A stretch of DNA of 55,857 bases from Octopus bimaculoides (Eukaryota), in contig NC_068999.1 in the NCBI RefSeq assembly GCF_001194135.2, forward strand, positions 26,151,927-26,207,783. Reading direction: 5' to 3'. The notes under the pieces were generated by a model. It was not told the DNA's origin. It saw nothing but the letters and a program-made list of their open reading frames with translations, and did no database searches. Made by a program: the position numbers and the translations under genes. Of this stretch, positions 1 to 55,857 are shown piece by piece (positions within the stretch are counted from its first letter, which is position 1; each line of letters begins with the position of its first letter).

Positions 1-279
1 TGCAAGAGGGTGTCATAGAATTGGTCTTTCAGACCATCTGGTAGCCCCGGTTGAGGTGCATAGGCTGAGATGACAGTAGCTAAACTATGATGAAGCACTA
101 GTCTGATCTTAAGTACTCTGTCACTTACTCTAACGACCTCGATTACCTTATCCACCCATTTCTCCGCTAGAAGTATTCCTACGCCCCCGACCCCGTCAGT
201 GTTCCCTGCCCAGAAAATCTTGTACCTGTGTTCTTTGCCTGTGAGGAACCTCGCAGAACCTCCTCTCCATCTTACTTCT
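1..279 (-). mobile_element. RTE LINE AP-endonuclease N-terminal segment, inverted relative to the adjacent copy
   Basis: Uninterrupted minus frame: VRWRGGSARFLTGKEHRYKIFWAGNTDGVGGVGILLAEKWVDKVIEVVRVSDRVLKIRLVLHHSLATVISAYAPQPGLPDGLKDQFYDTLL. Confidence 0.88.
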
Positions 280-2851
280 CACTAGAAAAAGGGATTCATG
301 ATTACTCTTAAATGCAAAGTCCTTTCCTGGTAAAGAATGTACCCAACATAGATTACTCATTAGTGACTTCAAGCTACTGGCACAAAGGAACCCAAGAAGC
401 AAGCCAGTTTAGAAAAGAAGGATATGGAAGCTTAAGGATCCTTTAAATAGAGATTTAGAGACATCCTAACTGATGAGAAGGAGGACGAGTTACAGAATTG
501 CAATACAGAGGATAACTGGAAGTTCCTACAAGATAACTTGCTAGGAGCCACAGACCAAATTTGAGGTTGGTGCAAAAGCCCTAACCAGACCTAGGGTGAC
601 GTAGTGGTGGAATGGTGCAGTTGACAGGGCCAGGCCATTAGAGCAAAGAAACAGATTTGGAATGACTGGAAGGGTGGTGGTAGCAAGGAGATATATCAGG
701 TAGCTAGAAGGCAGGTAATAATTAGCCAGGGGTGAAGCAGAGTGGAAGAAGTTTGCCAATGTTATGCAGCATGAGGACCAATGACTTGAAGTATTTTGGC
801 TTGCAAGACAGTGTGCTAGGGAAAATTGTTATATTGTTGGAGAGAAGTGTTTTTGCATGGATGATGGTTCTCTTGAGGTTAGAGACTCTGCAGAGAAAGA
901 AGCTTAGAAGTGCCACTATGAAAGGCTACTAAACATAGAGAACACGTGAGAAGAGAACTTGCCTACTGTGGATCCAACAGAGAGGCCAGCAATCCAAATA
1001 GACAATAGTGTGGTAGATAAAGCCATGAAGGATATGAATACCAGGAAAGCCTCTGGCTCATCAGGAACTACTGCTGAGATGCTTAAAATATCAGGTGGTG
1101 TGGGTTATGGCCTAATCATCCATACAGTTAACCAGGTTGTACATGAGGGAGTCATACCCAATGTCTGGTGTAGCAGCATCATAGTCAGCTTCTACAAAGG
1201 TAAAGCTGATACATTAGAAATAATTACAGAGGCATCAAATTGTTGGATCAAGTGATGAAANNNNNNNNNNNNNNNNNNNNNNNNNNNNNNNNNNNNNNNN
1301 NNNNNNNNNNNNNNNNNNNNNNNNNNNNNNNNNNNNNNNNNNNNNNNNNNNNNNNNNNNNNNNNNNNNNNNNNNNNNNNNNNNNNNNNNNNNNNNNNNNN
1401 NNNNNNNNNNNNNNNNNNNNNNNNNNNNNNNNNNNNNNNNNNNNNNNNNNNNNNNNNNNNNNNNNNNNNNNNNNNNNNNNNNNNNNNNNNNNNNNNNNNN
1501 NNNNNNNNNNNNNNNNNNNNNNNNNNNNNNNNNNNNNNNNNNNNNNNNNNNNNNNNNNNNNNNNNNNNNNNNNNNNNNNNNNNNNNNNNNNNNNNNNNNN
1601 NNNNNNNNNNNNNNNNNNNNNNNNNNNNNNNNNNNNNNNNNNNNNNNNNNNNNNNNNNNNNNNNNNNNNNNNNNNNNNNNNNNNNNNNNNNNNNNNNNNN
1701 NNNNNNNNNNNNNNNNNNATGAATTCAGGGTAGAAGTAGGGATTCATCAAGGTTCAGTCCTTAGCCCCCTCTTGTTCATCATAAACCTCTAGGAAATAAC
1801 AGGAATTTAAGACGGGCTACCCTTGGAAGCTCCTCTATGCTACTGACCTTGTTCATATAGCTGAATCACTTCTAGAACTAAAGAAATTTCAGGTATGGAA
1901 GCAAGGTCTAGAATCAAAGGGCCTTGGAGTTAATCTAGCAAAAACCAAGGTCTTAGTAAATAAGAAAGCAAATAAATCACAAATCCTTTCAGGTAGATCA
2001 CCCTGCTCAATCTGTAAAAGTGTAGATAGAAACTTCATAAGATGTACTCAGTGCAGGCTATGGACACATAAGAGATGCAGTAATATCAGAGGAAGGTTAA
2101 CAGTTCAGAGAGCTTCTACCTCAGTTGGTAACAAAGGGCCACTCCCTCAGAGCAAAAGGCAGACTGTATGATACATGTGTGCAAACAACTGTGCTCAACA
2201 ACAGTGAAATGTGGGCTGTGACCACAGAGGACATGCGAAAGCTTGAAAGAAATGAAGCCAGTATGCTTCGCTGGATGTGCAATGTCAGTATGCCTGTATG
2301 ACAGAGTGTAAATGTCTTGAGAGAAAAGTTAGGAATAAGAGGTATCAGATGTGGTGTGCAAGAGAGATGAATGTGCTGGTATGGTTATGTGATGGAAAGG
2401 GATTAGGACAGCTGTGTAAAGAAGTGCCAATCTCTAACTGTGGAGGGAACCTGTGGAAGAGTTAGACCCAGGAAGACATAGGATGAATTGGTGAAGCATG
2501 ATCTTCAAATGTTGGGCCTAACAGAGGTGATGGCAAGTGAGCGAGACCTTTGGCGAAATGCTGTGCTTGAGAAGACTTGACAAGCCAAGTGAAATTGTAG
2601 TTCTGGCTGTTGCCAGTGTCATGTGAATGGCACCTATGAAATCGTAATCATGATTGTTGCTGGTAGCATGTAAATGGCACTCGTGCCAGTGGCACATAAA
2701 AAGCACTCATTACACTATCAGAATGGTTGACATTAGAAAGCTCATCCACCTGTAGAAACCATGCCAAATCAGACTGGAACCTTCTAGCTTACCAGTTCCA
2801 GACAAGCCGTCTAACCCATGCCAGCATGGAAAGCAGATGTTAAATGATGAT
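276..2851 (+). mobile_element. Decayed RTE-clade LINE (endonuclease C-terminus, linker, RT, 3'UTR, (GAT)n tail); spans N-gap 1261-1718
   Basis: Remnants LLTRKRD..AKSFPGKECTQHRLLISDF, RRIWKLK, KASGSSG..AEMLK, GIHQGSVLSPLLF, LLYATDL, VNLAKTKVLV; ends catggaaagcagatgttaaatgatgat. Many stops, frameshifts and an internal deletion. Confidence 0.9.
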
Positions 2852-2904
2852 AGGCTGGATATGGCTGCTTTAAATGCAAAAGGTTTAAAGGAGAAAAAAA
2901 AAAA

Positions 2905-3504
2905 ACAGGTTCTCGAGCGAGATCATTGCCAGTGCCCCTGGACTGGCTCTTGTGTGGGTGGCACATAAAATACACCATTTTGAGTGTGGCCGTTGCCAGT
3001 ACCACCTGACTGGCCTTCGTAGGATTTTCGAGCGAGATTGTTGCCAGTGCTCCTGGACTGGCTCTTGTGTGGGTGGCACATAAAATACACCATTTTGAGC
3101 NNNNNNNNNNNNNNNNNNNNNNNNNNNNNNNNNNNNNNNNNNNNNNNNNNNNNNNNNNNNNNNNNNNNNNNNNNNNNNNNNNNNNNNNNNNNNNNNNNNN
3201 NNNNNNNNNNNNNNNNNNNNNNNNNNNNNNNNNNNNNNNCTCGAGCGAGATCATTGCCAGTGCCCCTGGACTGGCTCTTGTGTGGGTGGCACATAAAATA
3301 CACCATTTTGAGCATGGCTGTTGCCAGTACCGCCTGACTGGCCTTCGTGTGGGTGACACGTAAAAACACCCACTACACTCTCTGAGTGGTTGGCGTTAGG
3401 AAGGGCATTCAGCTGTAGAAACTCTGCCAAATCAGATTGGAGCCTGGTGTTGCCTGTTTCACCAGTCCTCAGTCAAATCGTCCAAAGATGATGATGATGA
3501 TGAT
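2905..3504 (+). mobile_element. RTE-3'UTR-derived element with tandem ~115-bp units and (GAT)n tail
   Basis: Unit tcgagcgag...ggccttcgt starts at 2913, 3028 and 3241 (after an N-gap); followed by gagtggttggcgttaggaagggc...gatgatgat. Confidence 0.85.
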
Positions 3505-3988
3505 AAACCATATTGTTTTGGTGCTTACATTTCTAGTGTGTTGTGCCATATTAAATTAATGTTTGTGTGTTGTTCAACCTATGTTATGAGACTTCTACTG
3601 TAGTTTGGCCTTATCAGAGTAGGATTTGGGCCTTGAGGAGTTGCATATGAGGCTTGGAGTGTGGTGTAATAGTAATGGTATATGAGATTGGAATTATTTT
3701 AGTTCCATACAGATGTCATCATAATTTTACTTCCATTTTATACAATGGCATGGATTGGATGGATTGTCGTGGACTAAATCAATTCTTGTTCAGAACTACT
3801 GCCTTTCTTGATAGATTGGGGGACCACATCCCCCTTGTATATTTCATTTTGGCTTGGTTTCTCTGTACCAACTACTTTACAGAAGAATTTTTTTATGGCA
3901 TCAGCATTAGAGAGAAATTGTCATGCCATTGGAAAAACTAAAGACCCCCCCCCCCCAACATTGCTGTTATCTTTCTATTTTGTTTATG

Positions 3989-6273
3989 TCATCATCATCA
4001 TCATTTTATGTCCATTTTCCATGCTGGCATGCTGGAAGGCTGCACCAGACTCCAGTCTGATTTGGCATAGTTTTCTATGGCTGGATGCCCTTCCTAACAC
4101 AAACCACTCCGATAGTGTAATGGGTGCCATTTGTGTGACACTGGAATGCGTTTATGTGCCACTGGTACAGGTGCCAATTTGTGTGACACCGGTATCTGCC
4201 ATGACTGCGATCGGCTTGATGGGTCTTCTTCTCAAGCATGACATAATGCCAAAGGTCTTGGTCATTGCCTCCACGAGGCCTGACACTTGAAAGGAACTCA
4301 GCCACTTTACCTCCGTGAGGCCCAATGTTAACAAAAGATGTTTTTTATGTGCCACCAGCATAGGTGCACTTGGCTTAATGGGTCCTCTCAAGCACACAGC
4401 ACATTGCCAAAAAGTCTCAGTCACCAGTCATTGCCTCTGTGAGGCTCAAAGTTTAAAGAGCATGCTCCACCACCTTGTCTCATGTCTTCCTGAATCTACT
4501 TCTACCACAGTTAGAGATCAGCACTTCTTTACACAGCTGCCCTTGTCCATATTCATCACATGACCATACCAGTGCAGTCATCTTTCTTGCACACCACATC
4601 TGATTCCTCTTATGCCTAACTTTTCTCTCAAGATGCTTACACTCTGTCGAACATGCACACTTATATTGCACATCCAGTGAAGCATACTGGCTTCATTTCT
4701 TTCAAGCCTACGCATGTCCTCGGCTGTCATAGCACATGTTTCACTGCCATGAAGCATAGCTGTTTGCACACAGGCATCAAACAATCTGCTTTCCACTCTA
4801 AGAGTGGGGCCTTTTGTTGCCAGCAGGGGTAGGAGCTCTCTGGACTTTTCCCAGCATAATCTTATTCTCACAGCTATGCTCTCGGAGCATCCACCTCCAC
4901 TACTAACTTGGTCACCTAGATAATGGACGCTATCTACTACCTCTAGCTTGCTCCCCCCTGGCAGCAGTTGATGGAGTCTATTTTCTGCACATTTTCAGTG
5001 TTTATTGTACCTGTGCACCTTCCACATACAAAAGTTAGTTTCCCTGTTAACCTTCCTCTCATGTTGCTGCACCTTTTATGTGTCCAAATTACGGAGTTTC
5101 TACCTACACCTTTTCTACAGATTGAGCAGAAATTTGTGATTTGTCTGCCTTCCTACTTACTAAGACTTTGGTTTTTGTTAGGTTAACTCTAAGGCCCTTT
5201 GATTCTAGACCTTGTTTCCATACTTGAAACTTCTTCTCTAGTTCAGGTAGTGATTCAGCTATAAGAGCAAGGTCATCAGCATAAAGGAACTCTCATGGGC
5301 AGCCTGCCTTGAATTTCTCTGTTTTTGCCTGGTGAACAAGAAGGGGTTGAGCATCGATCCTTGCTGAAACCCTACTTGTACCCTGAATTCTTTGCTGTAC
5401 TTGTTGCTCACCCTCACCTTACTGGTAGCGTCCCTGTACAAGGCTTATATGGCTCTCACCAGCCACTTGTCTATCCCTAGATTCCGCACTGACTACCAGA
5501 TAAGGGATTGGGGGACCCTGTCAAAAGTTTTCTCCAAGTCAACAAAAGCCAAGTACAGAGGTTTATCTTTGGCTAGATATTTCTCCTGCAGTTGCCTTGC
5601 AAGAAATATAGCATCAGTAGTGCTTCTGCTTGGCATAAACTGCATCTCATCTGGACTAACTCTCTCTCTGACTCTCTCCATAACTTTCATCACCTGATAC
5701 CTCTGTAATTATTTCTATCTAAGGCATCACCTTTACCTTTGGAGCAGTTGACTATTGGTGCTGCTACACCAGTCATTGGGTATGACTCCTTCATGAACCC
5801 ACACCGCAAAATATTTTAAGCATCTCAGCGGTGATTCCTGATGGGCCAGGGGCTTTCCCTGTCTTCATATCCGTAATTGCTTTATCTACCAGGGTACTGT
5901 TGATTTGGTTAGCTGGTTCCTCAACTGAGTGAACATTTGGCAGGTTCACGCCTTCCATTCATTCTCCACATTCAGCAGTCTTTCATAATGGCATCTCCAA
6001 GCCCCTTTCTTTGCAGAATCATTAAAAGCAAGTACACCATCATCCATGCAGACACATTTCTCTCCTATGACATCACAATTTTCTCTCACACACTGTCTTG
6101 CAATCCAAAATACTTCAGTTATTTGGTCCTCCTGGCGCTGAACATTGGCAAACTTCTTTTCTGTTTCTCCCTTGGCTAGATATACCTGTCTCCTAGCTTC
6201 CCTTCTGTCTATCTGATACAGTTCCCTGCTGCCTCCACTCTTCCAGGCCTGTGTCTTTGCTCTAATGTCCCTG
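3989..6273 (-). mobile_element. Decayed 5'-truncated RTE LINE
   Basis: (ATC)n tail at 3989; RT remnants MQFMPSRSTTDAIFLARQLQEKYLAKDKPLYLAFVDLEKTFDRVP, FQQGSMLNPFLF, MLHGSETCAM. Confidence 0.9.
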
Positions 6274-6331
6274 GTAACAGTGACATAGTAGGTGGCGTGG
6301 GCATACTTCTCGCAGAGGAATAGATGGAATG
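6271..6331 (+). mobile_element. Short RTE endonuclease fragment inverted against the 5' end of the preceding copy
   Basis: GNSDIVGGVGILLAEE*M, the same motif as in 1-279. Confidence 0.7.
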
Positions 6332-6784
6332 TTTCCGGTTACTTTTGGGTACCCCCTCGAATATAATCATGGGAACTCTTTGAGGTAGTTGAAATTCATC
6401 ATGAGAAAGGTAGACTATTAGAAGACTTGAGAGAAGTTAATTTAGTTACACATGAAACTACTGAATGTCAAAGATGTATGTATTCTAGACCCACTCATCC
6501 CAAGATGAGTATCACGGAAAAAGGATGCTGAAATAGAAATGATGACTGCAATGGTAATGACAATTACATGAATGGAGATAATCCATAATACTATGTTTGC
6601 CATGATGTACCTAAACCACAATAGGTTCCATTGCTTCGTGTGTAAGCATTTAGCAACAATAAACAAAAGCTGACAATTACGAAATCCATTTATCTTTGCT
6701 TATATGGAAAAACTGGACATAAAGCAACATAAAAAATATAGGTTTCAAAAATATTACGATTACAACATGTAGTAAATTATAATT

Positions 6785-6917
6785 TTTATTTTACAAATAT
6801 AGTTTTCTTAAATCCTCGAATTTTTAGCAATAATTTATGCTACATTCTTTTTAAACAAAATTGGAAACCAATATTGCATTTTGGTGTAAATAAAAGAAAT
6901 GTTCAACATTCTTTATT
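6785..6917 (-). terminator. Candidate HADHA polyadenylation signals (AATAAA at 6912-6917 and 6785-6790)
   Basis: tttatt on the + strand about 40 and 165 nt past the stop codon; which one is used cannot be told from sequence. Confidence 0.45.
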
Positions 6918-6954
6918 ACTCTGATATTAGTTGTTTTATCACATTACTTTTTAA

Positions 6955-52378
<45,424 letters not shown>

Positions 52379-52794
52379 CTGCGGGAGATCAAAACAGAGA
52401 CTGAATCAATATTGATTTCAAATTTTGAAACAAGGCCAGCAATTTCAGGGGAGGGTGGGTAAGCTGATGACATCGACCCAAGTGGTCAACTGGGATTTAT
52501 TTTATCAACCCTGAAAGGATGAAAGGCAAAGTCGACCCTGGCAGAATTTGAACACAGACCATAAAGACCATAAAGAGAGAGTGTGTGTGTTTTTGTGTTG
52601 GTGTGTGTGTGCGCCTGTGTATCTGAAAGGAGTGTCAATGGGAAAGAGAAGGAAAGAAAGAAGGAAGAGTGAAAGAAGAAAGAAAACTGTGTTTACAGCT
52701 GGTCAGTTCTTTCAATGACAAGTTGATTCTTGGCCTTTAAAAATGGCAAAACCAGATGGCTGTTTCAGGTGGGACATTCTTTTACTAGAATGTG

Positions 52795-53066
52795 GTGATA
52801 GGAGATGTGGAACGTGTAACAATACCAACAACTACAAATACATAGAAAGTGGTTCCCACATAAAATTCAAGAACGGATCTATTTTTAAAATAAATGCAGA
52901 TATGAACTGCAAAACACAAAATCTCATATACTGCATCACCTGTCCAAACTGTAAAGAAAATTACATTGGCGAAACGAATAACTCACTCTGTCAACGTGCA
53001 AGAATTCACAGGCAACATATCCGACAAGAAGAACTAAGAATGATTCCATTGAGTAAACATACTGAA
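52795..53066 (+). mobile_element. Penelope-like GIY-YIG endonuclease fragment
   Basis: Open frame RCGTC...MNCKTQNLIYCITCPNCKENYIGETNNSLCQRARIHRQHIR...PLSKH, cut by an RTE tail (53080-53107) and an N-gap. Confidence 0.85.
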
Positions 53067-53951
53067 AAGCAATGGAACTCATCATCATTGTTTAACGTCT
53101 GCTTTCCNNNNNNNNNNNNNNNNNNNNNNNNNNNNNNNNNNNNNNNNNNNNNNNNNNNNNNNNNNNNNNNNNNNNNNNNNNNNNNNNNNNNNNNNNNNNN
53201 NNNNNNNNNNNNNNNNNNNNNNNNNNNNNNNNNNNNNNNNNNNNNNNNNNNNNNNNNNNNNNNNNNNNNNNNNNNNNNNNNNNNNNNNNNNNNNNNNNNN
53301 NNNNNNNNNNNNNNNNNNNNNNNNNNNNNNNNNNNNNNNNNNNNNNNNNNNNNNNNNNNNNNNNNNNNNNNNNNNNNNNNNNNNNNNNNNNNNNNNNNNN
53401 NNNNNNNNNNNNNNNNNNNNNNNNNNNNNNNNNNNNNNNNNNNNNNNNNNNNNNNNNNNNNNNNNNNNNNNNNNNNNNNNNNNNNNNNNNNNNNNNNNNN
53501 NNNNNNNNNNNNNNNNNNNNNNNNNNNNNNNNNNNNNNNNNNNNNNNNNNNNNNNNNNNNNNNNNNNNNNNNNNNNNNNNNNNNNNNNNNNNNNNNNNNN
53601 NNNNNNNNNNNNNNNNNNNNNNNNNNNNNNNNNNNNNNNNNNNNNNNNNNNNNNNNNNNNNNNNNNNNNNNNNNNNNNNNNNNNNNNNNNNNNNNNNNNN
53701 NNNNNNNNNNNNNNNNNNNNNNNNNNNNNNNNNNNNNNNNNNNNNNNNNNNNNNNNNNNNNNNNNNNNNNNNNNNNNNNNNNNNNNNNNNNNNNNNNNNN
53801 NNNNNNNNNNNNNNNNNNNNNNNNNNNNNNNNNNNNNNNNNNNNNNNNNNNNNNNNNNNNNNNNNNNNNNNNNNNNNNNNNNNNNNNNNNNNNNNNNNNN
53901 NNNNNNNNNNNNNNNNNNNNNNNNNNNNNNNNNNNNNNNNNNNNNNNNNNN

Positions 53952-54355
53952 TTTTTCACGCAGCTATCCTCGTCCATTCTCGCCACGTGTCCATACTAGC
54001 GCAATCGTCTCTCTTGCACACCACAACTGATGCTTCTTATGTTCAGCTTTTCTCTCAAGATACTTACACTTTGTCGAGTATGCACACTGATATTACTCAT
54101 CCATCGGAGCATACTGGCTTCATTCCTTTCAAGCTTACGCATGTCCTCAGCCGTCACAGCCCATGTTTCACTGCCATGTAGCATGGCTGTTCATACACAT
54201 GCGTCATACAGTTTTCCTTTTACTCTGAGTGAGAGTCCCTTTGTCACCAGCAGAGGTAAGAGCTCTCTGAACCTTGCCCAGGCCATTCTTATTCTAGCAG
54301 CTACACTTTCAGCACACCCACCGCTGCTACTAACTTGGTCACCCAGAGACGGAAG
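53952..54355 (-). mobile_element. RTE LINE C-terminal fragment
   Basis: MLHGSETWAVTAEDMRKLERNEASMLRWMSNISVHTRQSVSILREKLNIRSISCGVQERRLR. Confidence 0.88.
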
Positions 54356-54544
54356 CTATCAACATAAAAAAATTTTCCCCAAAGTTAAATGTTTGAAAGA
54401 GAAATAAGAAAAACAAGGAATACGTTTTGTATGTATATATGTGTGATATGATATATATAGTTATTTTTACTAAATTGATTTTACTAATTTGATTTTTCAA
54501 ATTTACAAATATTATTCTAATATACTCTCATGCAGAACTAATAG

Positions 54545-54805
54545 CGAAACTATTAAACTGAAAGTATCTCACATAACAATAGAGAGATGTTATTGTTTCA
54601 CTTTTGACATGTAACACTGAAATTGTATAAGAGATTGCTCTGGGTTCGCGTTAGGCAAGAAGTTGAAAATATTTTTTGGTCCAAGACACTGTATGGATCC
54701 TAAGTAAGGCATGTTTAAAATTTGAATCAAATCGGTTGGGTAGTTCTTGAGTTGTAGGGATTCACACAGATAGACAGACACACATTCTCATCTTTATATT
54801 TGTAA
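54545..54805 (-). mobile_element. Second copy of the non-autonomous Helitron 5' portion
   Basis: Reverse complement of ~44460-44745. Confidence 0.7.
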
Positions 54806-54908
54806 ACATTAACCGATTTGGCTGGTATTTCTAGCACGTCCTGCTACCACTGAACAGATATTTGCAAATGTAAAACAATGAAATGAGTGCTCAACGCTGC
54901 ATTGTTGG

Positions 54909-55857
54909 ATATATAATTTCTTTATTTGTGAATTAAGGCTACCATTGGTTTCATGGTAAGAAAATAAGGAAAATATCCTAGTGTCTTAACAATTTTTCAA
55001 GCTGGCCACGTAGAGAAAGGTGTTCACTTCCATTTTGGAAAACAGTGTCACTTCGTTCACGGGATTTCTTGTAATTTCGCGTAAATAAAACAATGAATAT
55101 CTTTTGGATATTTGTCTTCCTTGGATGTCTTTTTATTAAAATTTTTTTTGTGATTATTTTGTTTGCATCATTTGTTTTTGTTCAGGGCATCGTGTTCTTG
55201 TATGTTGAGGTAGTTTCATCATTGGAGCATAGTTCTTCTTTGTGTGCTATGTGTGTTTACATTTAAAAAAGGGGCTATCTTGGTAGGGTTACCCTCATTT
55301 CTGGGGGCCCTTTTTTGAAATATTTGAGTGTAAAATATTGCTTGTGTATGCAGGGAGAGAAGGTTTCATCCCTAATGATTAAGATGTTATCTGTTGATTG
55401 TATGATATTTAATTTTTCAATAATACAAAGTTTGCTATTATCTTGAATATGTGAATCCTGTATTACTGAAAAATTAAACATTATACTACAATCAGCAGAT
55501 AAAATCACAAAGAAGAAATATGCCCCAATGATGAACTACCTCAACATACAAGAACACCATACCCAGAACAAAAACAAATAATGCAAATTACAAAAAAATT
55601 AACCAAAAGATAAATCCACGGGAAACAAACATCCAAAAGATGATTCACAAGAGTAACATCCCTTGATTCATAGTTTTATTTAGGTGAAATTATGAGAAAT
55701 CCCGTGAACCAAGCAAGACTGTTTTCCAAAATGGAGGCAAACACCTTTCTCTACATGATCAGCTTGAAAAACTGTTAAGACACGAGAACATTTTCCTACT
55801 TTTCTTACCATGAAACCAATGGTAGCCTCAATTCACCAATAAAGAAATTATATATAT
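54909..55857. mobile_element. Fold-back/MITE-like element with ~340-bp inverted arms (right end at or beyond the window edge)
   Basis: 54909-55244 is the reverse complement of 55506-55857, e.g. ggctaccattggtttcatggtaagaaaa / tttcttaccatgaaaccaatggtagcc; ~260-bp spacer. Confidence 0.85.

Noticed and set aside
2913-3355. CRISPR-like or satellite interpretation of the 115-bp units
   Set aside because: Eukaryotic context, no unique spacers, and units are RTE-UTR modules. The copy after the N-gap may be a duplicated contig end, so copy number is unreliable.
3520-3960. Possible further retroelement coding remnants (also 7880-8160, 10500-10800, 20850-21110, 26680-27120)
   Set aside because: Only vague motif similarity by eye; a tBLASTx or HMM search against TE proteins is needed.
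52379-52473. Apparent N-terminus [13 protein letters not shown] of ORF 52228-52473
   Set aside because: It is intron and SINE-B sequence upstream of the cag acceptor and has no similarity to HADHA.
52743-53999. Long ORFs of 418 and 326 aa, and similar ones at 1235-1750, 2811-3369, 14999-15403, 25534-26058, 32326-32757, 33240-33837
   Set aside because: They run through N-gaps and the length is an artefact; only short real segments are meaningful.
52379-55857. Search for HADHA exons 1-4 (e.g. the SxKPGCFIAGADI motif)
   Set aside because: No match in readable sequence; they lie beyond the window or possibly in the gap 53108-53951.

Overview
AT-rich eukaryotic genomic DNA with nine N-gaps; there are no prokaryotic features. 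The repeat content suggests an octopus/coleoid cephalopod (inference). The only host gene is HADHA (mitochondrial trifunctional enzyme alpha subunit) on the minus strand. I reconstructed 18 GT-AG coding exons from 52378 down to the TGA stop at 6955: 1981 nt, phases consistent, 659 complete codons plus stop. The 5' exons (equivalent to human exons 1-4) were not found in the readable sequence. Introns and the downstream region are filled with TE relics: RTE LINEs and many copies of their (GAT)n-tailed 3'UTR, two SINE families, mariner and Tc1 relics, a CR1/L2-like RT, a Helitron RepHel relic, non-autonomous Helitrons, a Gypsy element lacking RT/RNaseH, Penelope GIY-YIG fragments and MITEs. The best leads are two hammerhead-ribozyme-like motifs (one beside a perfect 60-bp palindrome in the last intron), an inverted pair of SINE-tail/Helitron-end chimeras, two local templated insertions, inverted endonuclease segments on two RTE copies, and many intronic fold-backs that could be ADAR substrates. 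I see no strong evidence of a novel protein-coding system.
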